A stretch of 64,000 bases of DNA from Candidatus Latescibacterota bacterium (GTDB lineage Bacteria; Latescibacterota; UBA2968; UBA8231), in the NCBI GenBank assembly GCA_965223905.1, contig CBDCXV010000011.1, positions 128,001 through 192,000 of the forward strand. Direction: 5' to 3'. Shown here piece after piece: positions 59,111 to 64,000 of the stretch (position 1 is its first letter; each line of letters opens with the position of its first letter). A program made the position numbers and the translations under genes. The notes under the pieces were generated by a model that ran no database searches, was not told the DNA's origin, and was given only the letters and a program-made list of their open reading frames with translations.

Positions 59111-59272
59111 ATGCCGAGCAGATTCAGCATCATCTCCGAGTTGTGGGCCTTCATGCAGGTTCGCAAGAAGTGGTGGCTGGGACCGATTTTCGCAACCCTT
59201 GTCCTGCTCGGAATGCTGATCGTTCTCACCGAGGGGTCTGCCCTCGCCCCCTTCATCTACACGCTGTTCTGA
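59111..59272 (+). CDS. DUF5989-family small membrane protein (53 aa)
   Basis: Below the ORF-track cutoff; GAGGA RBS. MPSRFSIISELWAFMQVRKKWWLGPIFATLVLLGMLIVLTEGSALAPFIYTLF carries the RKKWWL.P and APFIYTLF signature. Confidence 0.88.
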   Translation: MPSRFSIISELWAFMQVRKKWWLGPIFATLVLLGMLIVLTEGSALAPFIYTLF

Positions 59273-59431
59273 TATCCTTCAGGTCGCGAAACCGGTTTCG
59301 TGCAACCACCTGGTCCGTCTCTTTGACTCCCGGAACTCGGGCAACTTATCTTAATATGCTACAGTGAGTTCCGTCGTTTTTCGATGTCCTCTCCGCGGCA
59401 ATTTCAGACCCCTGATCGACGGCCTAATCGT

Positions 59432-59977
59432 ATGGACAGTCACAGTACTATCCAGGTCGATCGGCTGGCTGAATTGATTCGGGACATCCCCGACTTTCCG
59501 AGGCCGGGGATATTGTACCGGGACATTTCCACCTTGCTCAAGGACCCTTGCGGACTGAGGGCGGCAGTGGTGGCCATGGCCGCCCCCTTCGAGCCATCCG
59601 CCGTCGACATGGTCGTCGGGGTGGAAGCGCGCGGGTTCATCCTCGGGGCTCCCATCGCCGTTTCCCTCGATTGCGGGTTCGTTCCGGTGCGGAAGTCGGG
59701 AAAGCTGCCTGCGGCCGTCGTCGGTGAAGAGTACGAACTGGAATACGGGACCGCCGCAGTCGAAATTCACCGCGATGCCCTGAAACCGGGGGATCGGGTA
59801 CTGGTCGTCGACGACGTTCTCGCCACGGGCGGCACAATGGCTGCTTCCTGCCGCCTGCTCGAACAGCTTGAAGCAAGTATTGTAGCTGCCTGCTTTCTCG
59901 TTGAGTTGAATGCTCTCCGGGGGCGCGACCGGCTCGCCCAGTACCGCGTCGAGTCGGTTATACAGTATCGCGACTGA
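59432..59977 (+). CDS. apt: Adenine phosphoribosyltransferase
   Basis: IRDIPDFPRPGILYRDI, EARGF, RKSGKLP, YELEYG and VDDVLATGGT. Confidence 0.97.
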   Translation: MDSHSTIQVDRLAELIRDIPDFPRPGILYRDISTLLKDPCGLRAAVVAMAAPFEPSAVDMVVGVEARGFILGAPIAVSLDCGFVPVRKSGKLPAAVVGEEYELEYGTAAVEIHRDALKPGDRVLVVDDVLATGGTMAASCRLLEQLEASIVAACFLVELNALRGRDRLAQYRVESVIQYRD

Positions 59978-59992
59978 AGACAAAGGGGCCTG

Positions 59993-60655
59993 ATGGCAAG
60001 AAGTGAAAGACCTACCAGAGCAGAGCTCGAGGAAGACCGCTTCGTCGAGTGGATCATGCAGGCCGCGGACTTCCTGAAAGAGCGGATGCAGTTCGTCATT
60101 GCCGCGGCAGCAGCGGTAGCGGTGATCGTCGTGCTGATAAGCTATCTTCGCAGCGCTGAGGAAGAGGCGCGCCTGCAGGCGTCGACATCGTTCGGCCAAG
60201 TGTTGATGGCGGACGCCAACGGGGACGTTGCGCAGGCGTTGGAAATCGCCGAAAACCTGATCAGGGAACACCGTGGGACCCCAGCGGCGGCCCAGGGGGT
60301 GGTCTACCTGGCCAACCGCTACTTCCGCCAGGGTCGGCTCGACGAAGCCCAGCGCCTGTACGAGACCTACCTGGAAGATTACGGAGATGTCGACGTTCTC
60401 GTGTTCGCTGCCTGGAGCGGGGTAGCGGCCTGCATCGAATCGCAGGGCCAGTTCGCCCAGGCCGCCGAGAAATACGTGCAGTATGCAGACCGGTACGATG
60501 GGCAGCAGGCGTCCCTGGCCCTGATGAGCGCTTCTCGCTGTTACGCTTTGGCAGGTGAAACCGCAGCGCAGAAGAAGGCGCTGCGGCGAATCGCGCGGGC
60601 TTTTCCGACGTCTCCCGTCGTCGCAAAAGCCCGCGAGCAGCTGAGGAGGCTGTGA
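59993..60655 (+). CDS. Membrane-anchored TPR protein (YfgM-like)
   Basis: ELEEDRFV N-terminus, one TM segment and TPR-like helices ending FPTS..A. Confidence 0.75.
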   Translation: MARSERPTRAELEEDRFVEWIMQAADFLKERMQFVIAAAAAVAVIVVLISYLRSAEEEARLQASTSFGQVLMADANGDVAQALEIAENLIREHRGTPAAAQGVVYLANRYFRQGRLDEAQRLYETYLEDYGDVDVLVFAAWSGVAACIESQGQFAQAAEKYVQYADRYDGQQASLALMSASRCYALAGETAAQKKALRRIARAFPTSPVVAKAREQLRRL

Positions 60656-60680
60656 ACTTCTCGCTGTCAGCGGAGGAGAA

Positions 60681-61619
60681 ATGACCAACAAGCTCAAGGT
60701 CTTCGCCGGCAACAGCAATCCCGACCTCGCGGCGCGAATCTGCGGTTCGCTGGGGGTGTCACCGGGGGGCCTCGAGATCATTCGCTTCAGCAACGAAAAT
60801 CTCAAGGTCAAGATCTGCGAGAACGTCCGCGGCTGCGACGTCTTCTTCATTCAGACCTCCTGCGCCCCGGTTAGCGAGCACCTTATGGAATTGCTCATCG
60901 CCCTCGACGCGTTGAAGTTCGCGTCCGCCGGACGGATCACCGCAGTATTGCCTTACTACCCGTACTCGCTCGCAGACAGCAAGGACGAACCTCGCATATC
61001 GGTCGCCGGCCGGCTGATGGCCGACCTTCTCACCGAGGCCGGTGCGGACCGCATTCTAACCATGACCCTTCACAGCCCGCAGATCATGGGGTTCTGCAGA
61101 ATCCCGATCGATCAGCTCAGCGGGGTTTCTACCATATGCGAGAACTTTCGCAGCCGGGACATAGAGAATGCTGTCGCGGTGGCACCGGATATCAGTCGCG
61201 CCAAGGTCACGGAGGGGTACGCTCGTCATCTGGGAATGCCGCTCGTGGTCCTCGACAACCGGCGAACTCCAGAGGGGAAGCTCCGGGTCATGGGCGCCAT
61301 CGGGGACGTCGAGAGGAAGAATGCCATTCTCTTCGACGACGAGATCATTACAGGAGACTCCGTTATCGCCGGCTCCGAGGCCTTGAAGGAAAGAGGCGCT
61401 GAGACGATCTACGCCGGATGCGTTCACGGCACCCTCGCTGAATCCGCACTCCTCAGGATCGACAAGTCCATTCTGGCCGGGTTGACGGTGACCGACACCA
61501 TCCCCCAGGCTCCGGAGGAGGGGCATCCGAAACTGACCGTCTGTTCCGTAGCCGAACACTTCGCCGACGCGATCAAGGCGATTCACGAAGAGACCTCCAT
61601 CAGTGCTCTTTTCAACTAG
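60681..61619 (+). CDS. prs: Ribose-phosphate pyrophosphokinase paralogue 2, probably non-catalytic on its own
   Basis: Full-length PRS fold with FSNEN, but YSLADSK replaces YxRxDKK and DNRR replaces DKRR. Confidence 0.85.
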   Translation: MTNKLKVFAGNSNPDLAARICGSLGVSPGGLEIIRFSNENLKVKICENVRGCDVFFIQTSCAPVSEHLMELLIALDALKFASAGRITAVLPYYPYSLADSKDEPRISVAGRLMADLLTEAGADRILTMTLHSPQIMGFCRIPIDQLSGVSTICENFRSRDIENAVAVAPDISRAKVTEGYARHLGMPLVVLDNRRTPEGKLRVMGAIGDVERKNAILFDDEIITGDSVIAGSEALKERGAETIYAGCVHGTLAESALLRIDKSILAGLTVTDTIPQAPEEGHPKLTVCSVAEHFADAIKAIHEETSISALFN

Positions 61620-61697
61620 CGGCGCAACAATAGCTTGGGGGTCAAAAATCCGTCTCCGGGAAGGGGTAGGCAGCGGGACCGCCGCCGAGATCGGCTG

Positions 61698-62420
61698 GTG
61701 AAATACGCCATCCTCGCAGACATACACGCCAACCTCGAAGCCCTCGAGGCGGTCTTGATCGCGGCCGAAAACGAGGGAGCGGATCACTTCATCGCCGTCG
61801 GCGATATCGTCGGGTACGGCGCGGACCCTGTCGCCTGCATCAACCGACTTCGCGAGAACGAGTTTGTGTGCGTGCTCGGAGATCACGACCAGGCCCTTGT
61901 CGACGGCAGACAAGTTCGTAGCTTCAACGCATTGGCCCGCAACACGATATTGCGATCACGCGATCTCGTTTCCGAAGTCGAACTCGACTACATCCGCCAT
62001 TTCGGATTCCGGCACGTCGAATTCGATGCCGTTTTCGCCCACGCCAACCCGATCAGGCCGGAGAACTGGCTGCACATGATTCTGCACCGGGACATCGCCT
62101 GGTGCCTCGAGAGGCTGGACTGGAGGGTCGCCTTCGTCGGCCATACCCACTACCCGGGGATCTATTGCGGTACCGGCAGCCAGGTGACGTCGTTGACTTC
62201 ATCGGAAGTCTCGGTGGGACCGCATCGCTACCTCATCAACCCCGGGAGCGTCGGACAGCCTCGAGACGGCGACCGCAGGGCATCCTACGCCCTTTGGGAC
62301 GTGGACGCGGAGTACGTCCAGTTGCTACGGGTCGAGTACCCCGTCGAGAGGACCCAGGAGAAACTGCGCCAGGCGGACTGGCCCGAATACCTTGCCGAGC
62401 GCCTGGGAAGAGGGGAATAG
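61698..62420 (+). CDS. Metallophosphoesterase family protein
   Basis: ADIHANLEAL, GDIVGYG, GDHD, GHTH and NPGSVGQPRDG. Confidence 0.9.
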   Translation: MKYAILADIHANLEALEAVLIAAENEGADHFIAVGDIVGYGADPVACINRLRENEFVCVLGDHDQALVDGRQVRSFNALARNTILRSRDLVSEVELDYIRHFGFRHVEFDAVFAHANPIRPENWLHMILHRDIAWCLERLDWRVAFVGHTHYPGIYCGTGSQVTSLTSSEVSVGPHRYLINPGSVGQPRDGDRRASYALWDVDAEYVQLLRVEYPVERTQEKLRQADWPEYLAERLGRGE

Positions 62421-62426
62421 TCGAGG

Positions 62427-63347
62427 ATGAAGGGGCTTGTGTTGCGGGTATCCGGATTGCAATCGACCGTCGAGGCGGATGGCAGGAGCTGGCAGTGCGA
62501 GATTCGAGGGCGGTTGAAAGCCGGGCGGCGAGACGTCCAGTCTCCTGTCGCTACCGGGGACTGGGTTGAATTCGAGCCTACGACCGAATCGACCGGCGTG
62601 ATCGAGAACCGGCATCCCAGGCATTCCAAGCTCTCCCGGGCGATGTCGGGACGCCGCCCATGCGAACAGATTCTCGCCGCGAATGTCGATTGCTTCGCTG
62701 TGGTTGTCGCCGCCCGCCAACCCGCGGTCAGCCCGGGGTTCATTGACCGCGCCCTGGTGATGGCCCAGGAGGGAAAGGTCGAGCCCCTGATCTGCCTCAA
62801 CAAAATCGACCTCACAGAGGGCCCGGCTGTGCATGAGGTCGAGCGCATCTATGGGAACCTGGGATATCGCGTACTTCTCACCTCAGCCAGGACAGGGGAG
62901 GGAATCGACGAATTGACACAATTGCTGGCCGGCCGCGTCTCCGCCCTCGTCGGCCAGTCTGGGGTCGGCAAATCGAAGATTCTCAACTGCATTGATCCGA
63001 GCCTGAACCTTCCTACCGCCGGGTTGATGAAGAGACACGACCGCGGGCGCCATACCACTACTTCCATACATCTTCACCGGCTGCCTCGCGGCGGTTACGT
63101 CGCCGACACCCCTGGGGTAAAGTCACTGCAACCTTGGGGGGTGAACCGCCGCCAGCTCACCAAGTATTTTGTCGAAATGGTGCCGTTGACCGGACAATGC
63201 CGGTTCCGTGACTGCACCCACATCCACGAGCCTGGATGTGCGATTCGGGACGCGGTGAAATCCGGGATGATAACGGAACTGCGCTACGAAGGCTTCAAGC
63301 GCATAAAGGAAAGCCTTCCGGAGCCGGCTGCCGAATGTCGGAACTGA
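62427..63347 (+). CDS. rsgA: Ribosome small subunit-dependent GTPase A
   Basis: NKIDL, GQSGVGKS, GRHTTT, DTPG and CRFRDCTHIHEPGC. Confidence 0.96.
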   Translation: MKGLVLRVSGLQSTVEADGRSWQCEIRGRLKAGRRDVQSPVATGDWVEFEPTTESTGVIENRHPRHSKLSRAMSGRRPCEQILAANVDCFAVVVAARQPAVSPGFIDRALVMAQEGKVEPLICLNKIDLTEGPAVHEVERIYGNLGYRVLLTSARTGEGIDELTQLLAGRVSALVGQSGVGKSKILNCIDPSLNLPTAGLMKRHDRGRHTTTSIHLHRLPRGGYVADTPGVKSLQPWGVNRRQLTKYFVEMVPLTGQCRFRDCTHIHEPGCAIRDAVKSGMITELRYEGFKRIKESLPEPAAECRN

Positions 63348-64000
63348 CGATAGACGCCCTGCTGAAACGGTACGGGCGCCCGCTGGGCCTCCGTCTGCTG
63401 GCCGGCGACAAGGGGATGGGACGAACCATCAACAGTGCGGACGCCCATCGTCCGGGCCTGACCCTAACCGGTTTCGTCGAGATCTTCACGTTCGCCCCGG
63501 TTCAGATCCTCGGCAATCTCGAAATCGACTACCTGCGCAGCCTGCCGCCGGACCGGAGGCTGCAGGCGCTGGAGATCATCTACCAGTTCGAACTGCCCTG
63601 TATCGTGGTGACCGGCCGCGGGCGACTTCTTCCCGAACTGAGGATACTCGCCAACAAGAACAACATCCCCCTGCTCAGAACGGAATTCGACACGACCAAG
63701 TTCATCCACCTCCTGCATTTCTACCTCGACCCGGTTTTCTCTCCCCAGGTCACCATGCACGGCACCCTCGTCGACGTCCACGGAGTCGGTCTTCTCGTTG
63801 TCGGTCGCAGTTCCATTGGCAAGAGCGAGATTGGCCTTGATCTGGTGGAGAGAGGGCACCGCCTGGTCGCCGATGACACCGTGAAAATCACAAGGCATGC
63901 CCAGGGTATTCTCGTAGGACGCAGCCCGGAGCTGCTGCAGGATCACATGGAGATTCGGGGTATCGGCGTCGTCGACGTCAAGAGGCTGTTCGGAATCGGG
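63335..64000 (+). CDS. hprK: HPr(Ser) kinase/phosphorylase (partial, runs off window end)
   Basis: Not in the ORF track. Manual translation from ATG 63335: HRPGLTLTGF, HGTLVDVHGVG, GRSSIGKSE, RGHRLVADD and MEIRGIG. Confidence 0.95.
   Translation, partial: MSELTIDALLKRYGRPLGLRLLAGDKGMGRTINSADAHRPGLTLTGFVEIFTFAPVQILGNLEIDYLRSLPPDRRLQALEIIYQFELPCIVVTGRGRLLPELRILANKNNIPLLRTEFDTTKFIHLLHFYLDPVFSPQVTMHGTLVDVHGVGLLVVGRSSIGKSEIGLDLVERGHRLVADDTVKITRHAQGILVGRSPELLQDHMEIRGIGVVDVKRLFGIG

Noticed and set aside
59351-60850. 499-aa minus-strand ORF, and similar long ORFs at 44314-45816, 43111-44262, 40854-42464, 30507-31847, 55435-56691 and 28458-29963
   Set aside because: They are antisense or off-frame shadows of well-supported genes in high-GC DNA, and have no motifs of their own.

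Overview
A GC-rich bacterial chromosome window made almost entirely of core genes. The short sigma-70, ACIII and the HprK/RqcH gene content suggest an FCB-group or Latescibacterota-like organism, but this is inference. It holds an alternative complex III operon (actABCDEF, minus strand), tRNA-Arg(CCT), tRNA-Leu(CAG), cysS, smpB, a DnaC/IstB-like ATPase, rph, a sigma factor, hisN, holA, trxA, clpX, clpP, epmA, hflKC, coaE, gcvT, gcvP, gmd, trmJ, an M16 peptidase pair, a murQ catabolic cluster, valS, rqcH, ychF, thiT, thrC with a cystathionine gamma-synthase, hemB, two prs paralogues around apt, rsgA and a partial hprK. I found no CRISPR array, transposase, integrase or phage gene. The best candidate for an undescribed system is the pair of PRPP synthetase paralogues: they have complementary losses of active-site residues, suggesting an obligate heteromer. 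Other strong leads are an overlapping pair of plant-type threonine synthase and plant-type cystathionine gamma-synthase, a stand-alone Zn-binding DnaC-like ATPase coupled to smpB and rph, a ClpP with Asn replacing the catalytic Asp, and a THUMP protein with a degenerate methyltransferase domain. Two genes are frameshifted, which may be assembly error. All family calls rest on motifs recognised by eye; no searches were run.
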